Below are positions 10,015 to 19,888 of a stretch of 64,000 nt of DNA, piece by piece. The number at the start of each line of letters is the position of its first letter. Position 1 is the stretch's first letter. A program made the position numbers and the translations under genes. Below the pieces are notes generated by a model that saw only the letters and a program-made list of their open reading frames with translations, was not told the DNA's origin and made no database searches. Source of the stretch: Vicinamibacteria bacterium (GTDB lineage Bacteria; Acidobacteriota; Vicinamibacteria; Marinacidobacterales; Marinacidobacteraceae); contig OY729431.1 of NCBI GenBank assembly GCA_963422395.1, forward strand, positions 1,824,001-1,888,000, written 5' to 3'.

Positions 10015-10087
10015 GCGGGCGTATCTCAGTTGGCAGAGTACGAGCTTCCCAAGCTCGGTGTCGCGGGTTCGACCCCCGTCGCCCGCT
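10015..10087 (+). tRNA. tRNA-Gly (CCC); CCA not encoded
   Basis: Acceptor stem GCGGGCG/CGCCCGC, anticodon arm CGAGC-TTCCCAA-GCTCG, T-loop GGTTCGA. Confidence 0.96.
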
Positions 10088-10097
10088 CCCCATCTCC

Positions 10098-10508
10098 ATG
10101 TCCATCTTCCGGCGCAAGGGCGGCAGCAGCGCGCCCGAAACGCTGCCGGCACCCCAGGACCATGCGCCGGGTGCGGTCTGGATCGGAGCCGGAGCGCGGC
10201 TCGAAGGTGAGATCGTCGTGAGCGACGACATCTGCATCCAGGGGCGTCTGGACGGCAGCGTCGAGAGTTCCTCCAATGTCACGGTTTCCGACAGCGGTGA
10301 GGTCGAGGCACAGATCCGGAGCCGGAATGTGGAGATCCACGGCAAGGTCGTGGGGAACATCGAAGCCACGGGGCTGGCGAAGCTCGGCCCCACCGCCTCG
10401 TTGACCGGCACCATCCACGCTTCCGGAGTGGATGTCCAGCCGGGGGCGGTCTTCGAGGGAACGATCCGGCTCCACGGCCGGCGCAGCGGCGGAAAGGACG
10501 CCGAATGA
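10098..10508 (+). CDS. Bactofilin (polymer-forming cytoskeletal protein)
   Basis: IGAGARLEGEI...I.IQGRLDG...V.GNI...V..GAVFEG beta-helix pattern. Confidence 0.9.
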   Translation: MSIFRRKGGSSAPETLPAPQDHAPGAVWIGAGARLEGEIVVSDDICIQGRLDGSVESSSNVTVSDSGEVEAQIRSRNVEIHGKVVGNIEATGLAKLGPTASLTGTIHASGVDVQPGAVFEGTIRLHGRRSGGKDAE

Positions 10509-10521
10509 GGGTCGAAAGCGA

Positions 10522-11637
10522 ATGAGAGTCGGCACCGTCAGGGAGATCAAGGACAGCGAGAATCGGGTCGGACTCGTCCCCGGCGGAGTGCACGCCCTGG
10601 TCGCGGCGGGGCACGAGGTGCTCGTGGAGTCGGGCGCAGGGCGCGGCAGCCTGATCGCCGACGCGGAATTCGACGATGCCGGCGCGCGCATCGTGAACAC
10701 CGCGGAGGATGTGTTCGGGACCGCCGATCTGATCGTCAAGGTCAAGGAAGTCCAGCCGCCCGAGGTGGAGATGCTCCGGAAAGGGCACATCCTCTACACC
10801 TACCTCCACTTGGCACCGCTCCCGGAGCTGACCGAGGCCCTGCTGGCGCGCGGAGTCACCTCGATCGCTTACGAAACGATCGTCGCACCCGACGGCACGC
10901 TGCCGCTCCTGACCCCGATGAGCGAGGTCGCCGGCCGGATGGCGATCCAGGAAGGCGCTCACCACCTGCATCGCTCCCGGGGCGGTTCGGGCATCCTGCT
11001 GGGCGGAGTCCCCGGCGTTCCCCGGGGGCGGGTAGTCATCGTCGGCGGCGGCGTGGTGGGGCTGAACGCCGCCAAGATGGCGGTGGGCATCGGGGCGGAG
11101 GTCACGATCGTGGAGAAGAGCGCCGCTCGGATGCGCTACCTCGACGATGTGTTCGGCGGCCGGGTCACCACCCTCAAATCGAGCGCAGTGACCCTCGCCG
11201 CGGTGCTTCGGGAAGCGGATCTCGTGGTCGGCGCGGTGCTCGTGCCCGGCGCCTCCGCCCCCCGGATCATCACCCGCTCGATGGTGGAGGTGATGCGGGA
11301 AGGCTCGGTGCTCGTGGATGTCGCGGTGGATCAGGGCGGCTGCGCCGAAACCACCCGTCCCACCACCCACTCGAAGCCCACCTTCATCGAACACGGCGTC
11401 GTGCACTACTGCGTCGCCAACATGCCGGGGGCCATGCCGCGCACCTCCACTTACGCGCTCACCAATGTGACCCTGGAGTACGCCCTCGCGATCGCCGATC
11501 ACGGGATCGAAGAGGCGGTCCGCCGCGACCCCTGCCTCCGCCCGGGCGTGAACACCTACCGAGGCCGCCTCACCTGCCGGCCGGTAGCCGACTCCCAGGG
11601 GCGGGGCTACCAGCAGCTCGAAGAGCTGCTCCACTGA
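10522..11637 (+). CDS. ald: Alanine dehydrogenase
   Basis: [38 protein letters not shown] and HYCVANMPG motifs. Confidence 0.96.
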   Translation: MRVGTVREIKDSENRVGLVPGGVHALVAAGHEVLVESGAGRGSLIADAEFDDAGARIVNTAEDVFGTADLIVKVKEVQPPEVEMLRKGHILYTYLHLAPLPELTEALLARGVTSIAYETIVAPDGTLPLLTPMSEVAGRMAIQEGAHHLHRSRGGSGILLGGVPGVPRGRVVIVGGGVVGLNAAKMAVGIGAEVTIVEKSAARMRYLDDVFGGRVTTLKSSAVTLAAVLREADLVVGAVLVPGASAPRIITRSMVEVMREGSVLVDVAVDQGGCAETTRPTTHSKPTFIEHGVVHYCVANMPGAMPRTSTYALTNVTLEYALAIADHGIEEAVRRDPCLRPGVNTYRGRLTCRPVADSQGRGYQQLEELLH

Positions 11638-11645
11638 CGGCGAAG

Positions 11646-11665
11646 GGAACCGGCGCTCCGGTTCC
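11646..11665. terminator. Stem-loop downstream of ald (no U-tract)
   Basis: ggaaccgg-cgct-ccggttcc, a perfect 8-bp stem. Confidence 0.45.
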
Positions 11666-11756
11666 GGGAAACATCAGGGCGAAAGTCGTCAGGGCGGAAG
11701 ACATCGGGGCCGGGACGCGGATCCGGGAAGCTGGCGCCGCGCCCGCGAGTCTCCGG

Positions 11757-12506
11757 GTGCTCTTCGAGATCACCGAACCGGCCGCGGGGGCGGAGAACAT
11801 GCGCCGGGACGAGCTGCTGCTCGCCGGCGCGGCGACCGCCCCGCCGACCCTCCGGCTCTACCGCTGGTCCTGCACGACCCTGAGCCTCGGGTACGGGCAG
11901 GCGCTTTCGCAGGCTGCCGATCCCGCGGCGCTCTCCCGTCTCGGGATTCCCTGGGTGCGGCGTCCGACGGGGGGCCGGGCGCTCCTCCACCAGCCGGACG
12001 AACTCACCTACGCGTTCGCCGCCGGGCGGCAGCTCGCGCCCCGGTTACGCACCGCCTATGCCCGGGTGATGCGCGCCATCCGACAGGGCCTCGCCGCCTT
12101 CATCTCGCTCGATCCCCCCCGAGGCGAACCCGCGCCCGCTGGCGGATTCCCCGCCCGTCTCCCCTGCCTCGCCGTGGCCAGCGGGCACGAACTCACCGTG
12201 GACGGACGCAAGCTGGTGGCCGGCGCCCAGCGCTGGCGGCGGACCGCCTTCTTGCAGCACGGCTCGATCCCCTGGACGGTGGACCGGCGGCGGACGAACG
12301 AGGCCGCGGGGCTGCCGCCGGACTCGCAAGTCCACGCGGTCGGGCTGGCCGAACTGGCCTCGGCCGGAGAGGTCGCCGCGCCTCGCGTCGAGACGGTGGC
12401 GCGCGCGCTTTCGACCTCTTTCGCGCAAGAGTTCGGGGAAGGGCGCGTGGTAGTCTGTTCGGCTGCCCTGGATCACGCTCTCGATCCCGCTTCCGTCTCC
12501 CCATGA
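11757..12506 (+). CDS. Lipoate-protein ligase A / LipM-like octanoyltransferase
   Basis: NMRRDE, LRLYRW..TLSLG, RRPTGGRALLH and GRKLVAGAQ..LQHGSI motifs. Confidence 0.85.
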   Translation: MLFEITEPAAGAENMRRDELLLAGAATAPPTLRLYRWSCTTLSLGYGQALSQAADPAALSRLGIPWVRRPTGGRALLHQPDELTYAFAAGRQLAPRLRTAYARVMRAIRQGLAAFISLDPPRGEPAPAGGFPARLPCLAVASGHELTVDGRKLVAGAQRWRRTAFLQHGSIPWTVDRRRTNEAAGLPPDSQVHAVGLAELASAGEVAAPRVETVARALSTSFAQEFGEGRVVVCSAALDHALDPASVSP

Positions 12507-13405
12507 CCGATCCCGCTCCCGCCGAAACCCGCGACCCGACCGACCGAGAGTCTCCTGCCTCGGCCGCCGGAGACGTGGCGCCAGAGGCCGAACCAGCAGG
12601 AACAGAATCGGAAGGGGCGGAACCGGAATCGGAAGAACCAGGATCGAAAGAACCAGGATCGAAAGAATTCGCCGTGCTGCAGGAGCAGATCGAAACCCTG
12701 CACCGGGAGGCCGCCGAGGCCAAGGACCTCGCCCGGCGCGCCCAGGCGGACCTACTGAATGTGCGCCGCCGCGCCGACAGCGAGCGCAACACCTTCCGCT
12801 CCCGTGCGGTCGAAGATGTCTGCCGCAGCTTTCTGCCGGTGCTCGACGATCTCGAGCTCGCGGTCGCCGGGGCGGAGCGGACGACGTCCGGGGCCGGCGG
12901 CGACGGCCCGGCCTCCCCGAACCCACAGCTGGAGGCGCTCCGCGAAGGCGTGCGCCTCGTCCAGCGCCGTTTCACTGACATCCTCGCACGGCAGGGCTTG
13001 GTTGCGATCGAAGCCGAGGGGGCGCCGTTCGATCCGCGCCTCCACGACGCGGTGCACCAGGCGCCCGCTCGGCCAGGGCAGCACGAAGGCGAGATCGTCG
13101 AGGTGTTCCGCCGAGGCTATTCGCTCGACGGACGGGTGATTCGCCCGGCAACCGTGGTGGTCGCCGCACCGCCCGAGGATTCCGCCGCTGCGGAAGCTCG
13201 CTCCGGGGACGATCGAAATTCGGACCGGGCCGGATCGAACGGAGAGGCTGCCGCCGAGGGAATCGCGGACGACAACAACGCGAACGGCGGGGGTGCCGGC
13301 GGCGACTCTGCAGACGGAGATCGGTCACCGGATTCCGCCGCCGCGGGGGCGAACGGGACAGACCGCGGGGGCTCCGGCCCCGCGACCGAGCCCGTCCTCT
13401 CCTGA
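12503..13405 (+). CDS. grpE: Nucleotide exchange factor GrpE with long disordered termini
   Basis: RAQADLLNVRRR, LPVLDDL, FDPRLHDAV and GY.L.GRVIRPA.V motifs. Confidence 0.93.
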   Translation: MTDPAPAETRDPTDRESPASAAGDVAPEAEPAGTESEGAEPESEEPGSKEPGSKEFAVLQEQIETLHREAAEAKDLARRAQADLLNVRRRADSERNTFRSRAVEDVCRSFLPVLDDLELAVAGAERTTSGAGGDGPASPNPQLEALREGVRLVQRRFTDILARQGLVAIEAEGAPFDPRLHDAVHQAPARPGQHEGEIVEVFRRGYSLDGRVIRPATVVVAAPPEDSAAAEARSGDDRNSDRAGSNGEAAAEGIADDNNANGGGAGGDSADGDRSPDSAAAGANGTDRGGSGPATEPVLS

Positions 13406-13441
13406 TCCCGCGCCGGAGACTCCCCGGGGAACCGCATCCCG

Positions 13442-14641
13442 ATGCCAACCGCGACCGGACCCGATCTCTACGCGGTCCTGGGGGTGGACCGAGACGCCTC
13501 CCCCGAGCAGATCAAGCGTGCCTACCGAAAGCTCGCGGTCCGCTTCCATCCCGACCGGAACCCCGGCGACAAGAAAGCCGAGGAATCCTTCAAGCAGGCG
13601 GCGGAGGCGTACAGCGTTCTGGCCGACCCCGAAAAGAGGTCCCGCTACGACCGATTCGGCCGCGCCGGATTGGGGGCGGCGGGAGCACCGGTGAACCGCG
13701 AGATCTTCGCCGACTTCGAGGACCTCCTCCGCGGCGGCGTTTTCGATGTGTTCGGCGAAATGTTCGGAGCCGGGTCCAGAACCGGCGCCGGAAGCAGCCG
13801 GCGCGCCGCCCGCGGACACGACATCCAGTACGAGATGAACATCGGCTTCGCCGAGCCGCGCCAGAACAGCGAAAAACGCGTCCTGGTGTCGCGGTCGGAG
13901 ATCTGCGGCGCCTGCCGCGGGAGCCGCGTGGAGGCGGGAAAGCGCCCGGTCGTCTGCGGGAACTGCAACGGCCGCGGACAGGAGACCTTCTCCCGCGGCT
14001 TCATGATGATGAGCCGAACCTGCACCCGGTGTCGGGGCGCGGGAGAAATCGTCCGCGACCCCTGCCCCGAGTGCAGCGGCCGGGGCCGGACGCCCGCCGA
14101 ACGCGAGATCACCGTCCGGCTGCCTGCTGGCGTGGCCGACGGCAACCAGCTGCGGATCCCCGGTGAAGGCGAGCCCGGAGAAAACGGCGGGCCTCCGGGC
14201 GATCTCTATGTCCGGGTCCATATCCGCACCGCCAGCGGGCTCGAACGCGACGAGAACGATGTGACCAGCCTGGCCGCCATCAGCTTCCCCCAAGCGGCGC
14301 TCGGTGCCGAGATCGAAGTCGACACCATCTGGGGGCAGGAATCGATCCGCATTCCCCCGGGGACCCAATCGGGAACCGAGTTCCGCCTGCCCGGCAAGGG
14401 ATTCCCCGCACTCCGCAGCCGGGCGCGCGGAGACCACCGGGTTCGCATCCAGGTCGAAGTACCGCGAAGACTCAACGGAACAGCCCGCCGGGCGGTGGAG
14501 TCTCTTGCGGCAGCGCTCGCCCCCGGTTCGGAGAGGAAGTCCGGCGCCCAGGAAGAAGAGGACCGGGACGCAGAAGGCGGCGGCAAAGAGAGCGGGGGGG
14601 GCCGTCCCTCGCTCCTCGGCCGCCTGTTCTCGCCGGAATAA
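13442..14641 (+). CDS. dnaJ: Chaperone DnaJ
   Basis: J-domain HPD and four CxxCxGxG-type zinc motifs. Confidence 0.96.
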   Translation: MPTATGPDLYAVLGVDRDASPEQIKRAYRKLAVRFHPDRNPGDKKAEESFKQAAEAYSVLADPEKRSRYDRFGRAGLGAAGAPVNREIFADFEDLLRGGVFDVFGEMFGAGSRTGAGSSRRAARGHDIQYEMNIGFAEPRQNSEKRVLVSRSEICGACRGSRVEAGKRPVVCGNCNGRGQETFSRGFMMMSRTCTRCRGAGEIVRDPCPECSGRGRTPAEREITVRLPAGVADGNQLRIPGEGEPGENGGPPGDLYVRVHIRTASGLERDENDVTSLAAISFPQAALGAEIEVDTIWGQESIRIPPGTQSGTEFRLPGKGFPALRSRARGDHRVRIQVEVPRRLNGTARRAVESLAAALAPGSERKSGAQEEEDRDAEGGGKESGGGRPSLLGRLFSPE

Positions 14642-14663
14642 CGGCTCTCCCGGAGCAGCGGGC

Positions 14664-15449
14664 GTGGCCGCTCCCCGGCGTTTCCTCGCTCCCGACGCCG
14701 CCGTCTCCGCGGAGGTTCGGCTCGACGCCGCCGAATCCCACCGCCTGCTCCGGGTGCTGCGCCTCGGTCCGGGGGCGCGGGTGGAAGTCTTCGACGGCCG
14801 GGGGCGCGCTTTCGCCGCCTGCTTCGCCGGCGCTGACGGCGAGGGGAACTGCCTGCTCGTCCGGGGAGCGGAACTGCCGCCGCGGGAACCGCCGGTCCGG
14901 CTCACCGTGGGACTCGCGATACCCAAGGGGGATGGCCTCACCGCCATCGCCCGCCAGCTCGCCGAGCTGGGCGTCACTGCGCTGATCCCGCTGACCACCG
15001 AGCGCTCCGAAGGCGCGGCGTCTCCCTCCCGCCTGCCCCGCTGGCGGGCCGCAGCGCTCTCCGGGACCCGGCAGTGCGGGCGGGCGCTGGTGCCCGAGAT
15101 ATGCCCGCCCGCCGCCTTCGGACCCTGGATCGGGGGCAGCCTGCCGCCGCAGCGCTGGATCGCCTCGCCGACCCCTCCCGAGGGCTCTCCCCGATCCGTC
15201 CGAGAGAGTCTCTCCCCGGGAGCCGCCGGCGCCGCACCATCTCGGGAAGAACTCGCGGAAGCGGCAGCGAAGTCTGCCGGGACATCCTCCATCGTCGTGC
15301 TCATCGGGCCGGAGGGAGGGTTTTCTCCGGCGGAGTTCGAAGCGGCTGCAGCCCGGAGATTCCGCCGCCTCGATCTCGGCGAACGCATCCTCCGGACCGG
15401 AACCGCCGCGCTGGTGGCCGCCGCGGCCTTCGTGACCCGCCGCCGATAG
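14664..15449 (+). CDS. rsmE: 16S rRNA m3U1498 methyltransferase RsmE
   Basis: HRLLRVLR, ELGV, IGPEGGFS and LGERILRTGTA SPOUT motifs; follows dnaJ. Confidence 0.92.
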   Translation: MAAPRRFLAPDAAVSAEVRLDAAESHRLLRVLRLGPGARVEVFDGRGRAFAACFAGADGEGNCLLVRGAELPPREPPVRLTVGLAIPKGDGLTAIARQLAELGVTALIPLTTERSEGAASPSRLPRWRAAALSGTRQCGRALVPEICPPAAFGPWIGGSLPPQRWIASPTPPEGSPRSVRESLSPGAAGAAPSREELAEAAAKSAGTSSIVVLIGPEGGFSPAEFEAAAARRFRRLDLGERILRTGTAALVAAAAFVTRRR

Positions 15450-15461
15450 CATCCTGCGCCG

Positions 15462-16400
15462 ATGTTCCTTCTCGGACAGCGCCTCGGGAATTACGAGGTC
15501 GAACGAAACCTCGGAAGAGGAACCTTCGGGGCGGTGTACCTGGTTCGGGATGTCTTCCTGCAACAGCGCCGCGCCATCAAGGTCCCGCACGACCAGAGCC
15601 CCGAAGGCCGCGAGGCACTGCTCCGGGAATCGCGGCTGCTCGCCGCTCTGGATCACCCGAACATCGTGCGGCTCATCGCCTGCGACGAACAGCAGGGAGC
15701 TCTCTTCGTGGTCATGGAATGGGTGGACGGCGAGCCGCTCTCCCGCCGCATCGAACACGACGCTCCGCTCGCCGCGGAGGCTGCGCTCCGAATCGCCGTC
15801 GGCGTGCTGTCGGGGCTCGAATACGCCCACCGCCACCGCCGTCTCCTCCACGGCGACCTGAGCGCCGACAACATCCTGCTCTCCTCCGGGGACAGCACCA
15901 AGATCACCGATTTCGGGATCGCCCGCACCGTTCAGGTGGCCGACCACGACGCCCGCTATCTGGGAAACCCGTACTACCTCGCGCCCGAGCAGTTTCGCGG
16001 CGAGGCGGTGTTCGCGTCCGATGTGTACTCGGTGGGGGTGGTGCTCTACCAGATGCTCACCGGAAAGCTCCCCTACTGCGACCCCGATCCAAAACAGCAG
16101 CGCCAGCTCGTCGAGGCCGGGAAAAACCGCCGCCCCCGGAAACGGAACCCCCTGGTTTCGAACGATCTCGATGCCGTGGTGGAGAAGGCGCTCGCACCCG
16201 ATGTCTCCGAGCGCTACGGCTCCGCGGACGGCCTCTTGAGCGACCTCCGGGAGATGGTTTCCTTCGGCCCCAGCCCCGAAGAACTGGCCGCGGTTCGATC
16301 GCGGATCCGCCAGGGGCAGCCCCGAAGACGAAAGGGCTGCTGGCGCTGCGGCCGCCCCCGGCACCCCGACGCCCGGTGCTGCGCCCACTGCGGCGTCTGA
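15462..16400 (+). CDS. Cytoplasmic Hanks-type Ser/Thr protein kinase with C-terminal zinc ribbon
   Basis: LGRGTFGAV, AIK, HGDLSADN, DFG, APE and SDVYS motifs; ends CWRC...CAHC; no TM segment. Confidence 0.9.
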   Translation: MFLLGQRLGNYEVERNLGRGTFGAVYLVRDVFLQQRRAIKVPHDQSPEGREALLRESRLLAALDHPNIVRLIACDEQQGALFVVMEWVDGEPLSRRIEHDAPLAAEAALRIAVGVLSGLEYAHRHRRLLHGDLSADNILLSSGDSTKITDFGIARTVQVADHDARYLGNPYYLAPEQFRGEAVFASDVYSVGVVLYQMLTGKLPYCDPDPKQQRQLVEAGKNRRPRKRNPLVSNDLDAVVEKALAPDVSERYGSADGLLSDLREMVSFGPSPEELAAVRSRIRQGQPRRRKGCWRCGRPRHPDARCCAHCGV

Positions 16401-16451
16401 CGACGGACTCCCGAGCCCCCCGAGGGGATGTCATCGCGGTAGATTCTCCGC

Positions 16452-17096
16452 GTGCCCCCGCCTCCTTCCGCTCCGTCAGATACTCCGTCAGGGAGCCCTA
16501 CCCCCTGGAGTGCCGCCATCGGCATGCTGGCGCGGCGTGACCTCAGCGAGGGCGAGGTGCGCGCCCGGCTGCGCGAACGGAAATACCCCGACCCGGAGAT
16601 CGAAAGCGCCATCGCCCGGCTGCGCGAGCGCCGCTACCTCGACGACCGTTCCCTGGCGCTCGCGGCGGCGCGCCACCGCGCCGAGGGGCGGCTCGAGGGG
16701 CCGATCCGGGTGACGGCGCACCTCCGGCAGCGGCAGCTCCCGGACCTCCTCATCGAGGAAGCGGTGCGCGCCGCGTTCCCCGAGGGTGCCGAAGCCCGCC
16801 GCGCCGCCGCGGCGCTGGAGCGGATCGCCCGGACCACCAGTCGAAGCGCGGGCATCCGAAACGCGGACGCCCGAAGCACGGGGAACGCCTCCCCCGCCAG
16901 AACCCGGGAGCGGGTGCTGCGCCGCCTGCTCGCGCGCGGCTACTCGTGGGAGGCGGCACTCTCCGCTTGGACCGCACGCGAACAGAACCGCGGGGATCGT
17001 GCCGGTTGCGGCGGCGAGAATCCGGAAGCGAGCGGTGTCGGCTCTACCGCGGACTTGCCCGCTCCAGACTTGCCCGCCGCGGATTGGGACGCATGA
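16452..17096 (+). CDS. recX: Regulatory protein RecX
   Basis: LARRDLSEGEVRARL, YLDD, GPIR and RRLLARGY motifs; upstream of alaS. Confidence 0.85.
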   Translation: MPPPPSAPSDTPSGSPTPWSAAIGMLARRDLSEGEVRARLRERKYPDPEIESAIARLRERRYLDDRSLALAAARHRAEGRLEGPIRVTAHLRQRQLPDLLIEEAVRAAFPEGAEARRAAAALERIARTTSRSAGIRNADARSTGNASPARTRERVLRRLLARGYSWEAALSAWTAREQNRGDRAGCGGENPEASGVGSTADLPAPDLPAADWDA

Positions 17097-19774
17097 GCGA
17101 GACGCCGACCCGGGGCGCCGAACTGCGCCGGGCTTTTCTCGATTTCTTCGCGGCGCGGGACCACGCAGTGGTGAAGAGCTCGCCGCTCGTCCCCCGAAAC
17201 GATCCGACCCTGCTCTTTGCGAACGCCGGGATGAACCAGTTCAAGGAGTGTTTCCTCGGGCGCGTGAAGCCCGCGCACCCCCGCGCAGTGAGCGTTCAGA
17301 AGTGTGTCCGCGCCGGCGGCAAGCACAACGATCTGGAGAATGTGGGCTTCACCGCCCGGCATCACACCTTCTTCGAGATGCTCGGCAACTTCTCTTTCGG
17401 CGACTACTTCAAGGAGGAGGCGGTGTCGCTCGCCTGGCAGTTCCTCACCGGCGAACTGGGCATTGCCCCGGAGCGGCTCTCGGTGTCGGTCTTCGCCGGC
17501 GACGAGCGAACCCCCGCCGACGACGAGGCGCGCCAGCTCTGGAAGGCGCATGTCCCGGAGGAGCGGATCGCCGCGCTCCCGGCTTCCGAGAATTTCTGGT
17601 CCATGGGGGAGACCGGTCCCTGCGGCCCCTGTTCCGAGATCCACTACGACCTCGGACCGGACTGCACCGGGGACGAACGCTATCTGGAGATCTGGAACCT
17701 GGTCTTCATGCAGTTCGACCGCGGCGAGACGGGCACGCTCCGCCCCTTGCCTGCTCCCTCGGTGGACACCGGGATGGGCCTCGAGCGTCTCGCCGCGGTG
17801 ATGCAGAGGGCCCCTTCCAACTACGACACCGATCTCTTCGGGCCGCTGCTCCGGGCGGTCCGCGAGCGCGCTGCTTCGGGAGGGCCGGCCACGAAAGACC
17901 GCGAGACGGTGCAGGTGGCCGCCCGGGTGATCGCCGACCATGCCCGCGCCATCGCCTTCCTGGTCGCCGACGGCGTGCTTCCCGCGAACGAGGGCCGCGG
18001 CTATGTCCTGCGCAAGATCCTCCGCCGAGCGTTGCGCTTCGGACGGAAGGCGAGGATTCCGGGGCGGTTCCTCGGCGATCTCACCGGCATCGCCATCTCG
18101 GAGATGGAGGACGCCTGGCCCGAACTGGGCCTCTCGCGCGAGCTGATCCTGCGGGTCGCCGCCTTCGAGGAAGAACGGTTCTCCGGAACGCTCGCCGCCG
18201 CGATGAGCCAGCTCGACCGGGTGCTCGCCGAGGACGCGGTCCGGAAATCGGCCCGGATTCCCGGCGAAGACGCCTTCCGGCTCTACGACACCTTCGGCCT
18301 GCCCCTCGACCTGGTGGAAGAAGTGGCCCGCGAGCACGGGATGGAGGTGGACAGCTCCGGCTTCGAGGCCCGGATGCGCGAGCAGCGGGAGCGCGCCCGG
18401 CGGTCCTGGAAGGGAAAACCCGCCGCCGATTCCGGTGCCTACCGCGAGATCCTGGGGAACGAACCCACCCGTTTCACCGGCTACCAGGACCTCGCGGACC
18501 GCGCCCGAGTGGCCGGTGTCCTCCACCGGAACCAGGACGGCATCCCGTCCCCCGCCCCCGCGCTCCGCGAAGGGGAAGAAGGCGAACTGGTCCTCGACCG
18601 GACGCCCTTCTATCCCGAGGGCGGCGGACAGATCGGCGACCGGGGAATCCTGCGCAGCGGCGGAGGGATCGCCGAGGTGCTCGACACTCGGACCCGCAGC
18701 GGCCTGATCCTCCACTCGGTGCGGGTCCGCGAGGGGGAGATCGGCGTCGGCGAGCCGGTCGAGGCGCTCGTGGACCGCGATCGGCGCTCGGGCGCCGCCC
18801 GGCACCACACGATGACCCACCTGCTCCACGCCGCGCTCCGCGACATCCTCGGGCCGCATGTGAAGCAGGCCGGCTCCCTCGTCGCCCCCGACCGCCTACG
18901 CTTCGACTTCACCCACTTCGCCCCGCTCACCCCCGCGGAGATCGAAACCATCGAGGGCCGGGTGAACGAGCAGATCCGCGCCGACCGCGAGGTGCTGTCC
19001 AGCGTGATGCCGCTCGACGACGCCCTCTCCCGGGGGGCGCTCGCCTTTTTCGGCGACAAGTACGGAACCGAAGTTCGGGTGATCGAAGTGCCGGAGTTCA
19101 GCATCGAGCTCTGCGGCGGGACCCACCTGAGCGCGACCGGGCAAGCGGGCCTCTTCGTCATCGCGGCCGAGGAGTCCGTCGCCGCCGGAGTCCGCCGGAT
19201 CGAGGCGCTCACCGGCCGTCCCGCGCTCGAACAGGTGGTCCGGGGGCGGAGGCTGCTCCATGACATCGGACGCGCCGCGAACAGCCGCCCCGACGAGATC
19301 GCCGCAAAGGTCGAGAAGCTGCGCGCCGACCTCCGCCGCCGGGAACGCGAGGTCGAGCGCCTCCGAGACCGCCTCGCCCTCGAGGCGGGCGCGAACTCCG
19401 GAGGGGCCGCCAGGGCGGCGGACTCCGAGGAAATCGCCGGGATCCGCGTCTTCATGCCGGAACCGCTCGACGGAATCTCGAAGCACGAACACCGCCGGCT
19501 GATGGACGCGCTCCGCGACCGGCAGGACGACCGGCCGTGGGTGGCGGTGTCCGCCGCGGTCCGAGAGGGCCGCGCCACCGTCATCCTGGGCGTCTCGTCG
19601 CAGGTCGCCGAGCGCCTCCCGGCGAATCGGCTCCTCGGCGAGGCGGCGGCCGCCATCGGCGGCCGGGGGGGCGGACGCGCTGACCGCGCCGAAGGCGGCG
19701 GCCCCGATCCCGGCGGGCTCCCCGCGCTCAACGAACACATCCGCGCCGCCATCCGGACCGCCTTCTCAGGGTAG
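17093..19774 (+). CDS. alaS: Alanine--tRNA ligase
   Basis: DPTLLFANAGMNQFK, HHTFFEMLGNFSFGDYFK, HHTMTHLLH and ELCGGTH motifs. Confidence 0.98.
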   Translation: MSETPTRGAELRRAFLDFFAARDHAVVKSSPLVPRNDPTLLFANAGMNQFKECFLGRVKPAHPRAVSVQKCVRAGGKHNDLENVGFTARHHTFFEMLGNFSFGDYFKEEAVSLAWQFLTGELGIAPERLSVSVFAGDERTPADDEARQLWKAHVPEERIAALPASENFWSMGETGPCGPCSEIHYDLGPDCTGDERYLEIWNLVFMQFDRGETGTLRPLPAPSVDTGMGLERLAAVMQRAPSNYDTDLFGPLLRAVRERAASGGPATKDRETVQVAARVIADHARAIAFLVADGVLPANEGRGYVLRKILRRALRFGRKARIPGRFLGDLTGIAISEMEDAWPELGLSRELILRVAAFEEERFSGTLAAAMSQLDRVLAEDAVRKSARIPGEDAFRLYDTFGLPLDLVEEVAREHGMEVDSSGFEARMREQRERARRSWKGKPAADSGAYREILGNEPTRFTGYQDLADRARVAGVLHRNQDGIPSPAPALREGEEGELVLDRTPFYPEGGGQIGDRGILRSGGGIAEVLDTRTRSGLILHSVRVREGEIGVGEPVEALVDRDRRSGAARHHTMTHLLHAALRDILGPHVKQAGSLVAPDRLRFDFTHFAPLTPAEIETIEGRVNEQIRADREVLSSVMPLDDALSRGALAFFGDKYGTEVRVIEVPEFSIELCGGTHLSATGQAGLFVIAAEESVAAGVRRIEALTGRPALEQVVRGRRLLHDIGRAANSRPDEIAAKVEKLRADLRRREREVERLRDRLALEAGANSGGAARAADSEEIAGIRVFMPEPLDGISKHEHRRLMDALRDRQDDRPWVAVSAAVREGRATVILGVSSQVAERLPANRLLGEAAAAIGGRGGGRADRAEGGGPDPGGLPALNEHIRAAIRTAFSG

Positions 19775-19789
19775 CGCCGCGAAACCGCC

Positions 19790-19814
19790 CGGAGCACCCC
19801 GCTTCGGTGTTCCG
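19790..19814. terminator. Stem-loop between convergent alaS and serine hydrolase genes
   Basis: cggagcacc-N7-ggtgttccg. Confidence 0.4.
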
Positions 19815-19888
19815 TGCCGCTCCGCTCCCTTACCGCCGGATCGGCGACCGTTGAGAACGAAGACACCCGCGGGCCGGGCGCTCCTCGT

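Noticed and set aside
15447-15456. tagcatcctg after rsmE as another MITE end
   Set aside because: The match is too short; it is better explained as a stop codon overlapping a -10 box.
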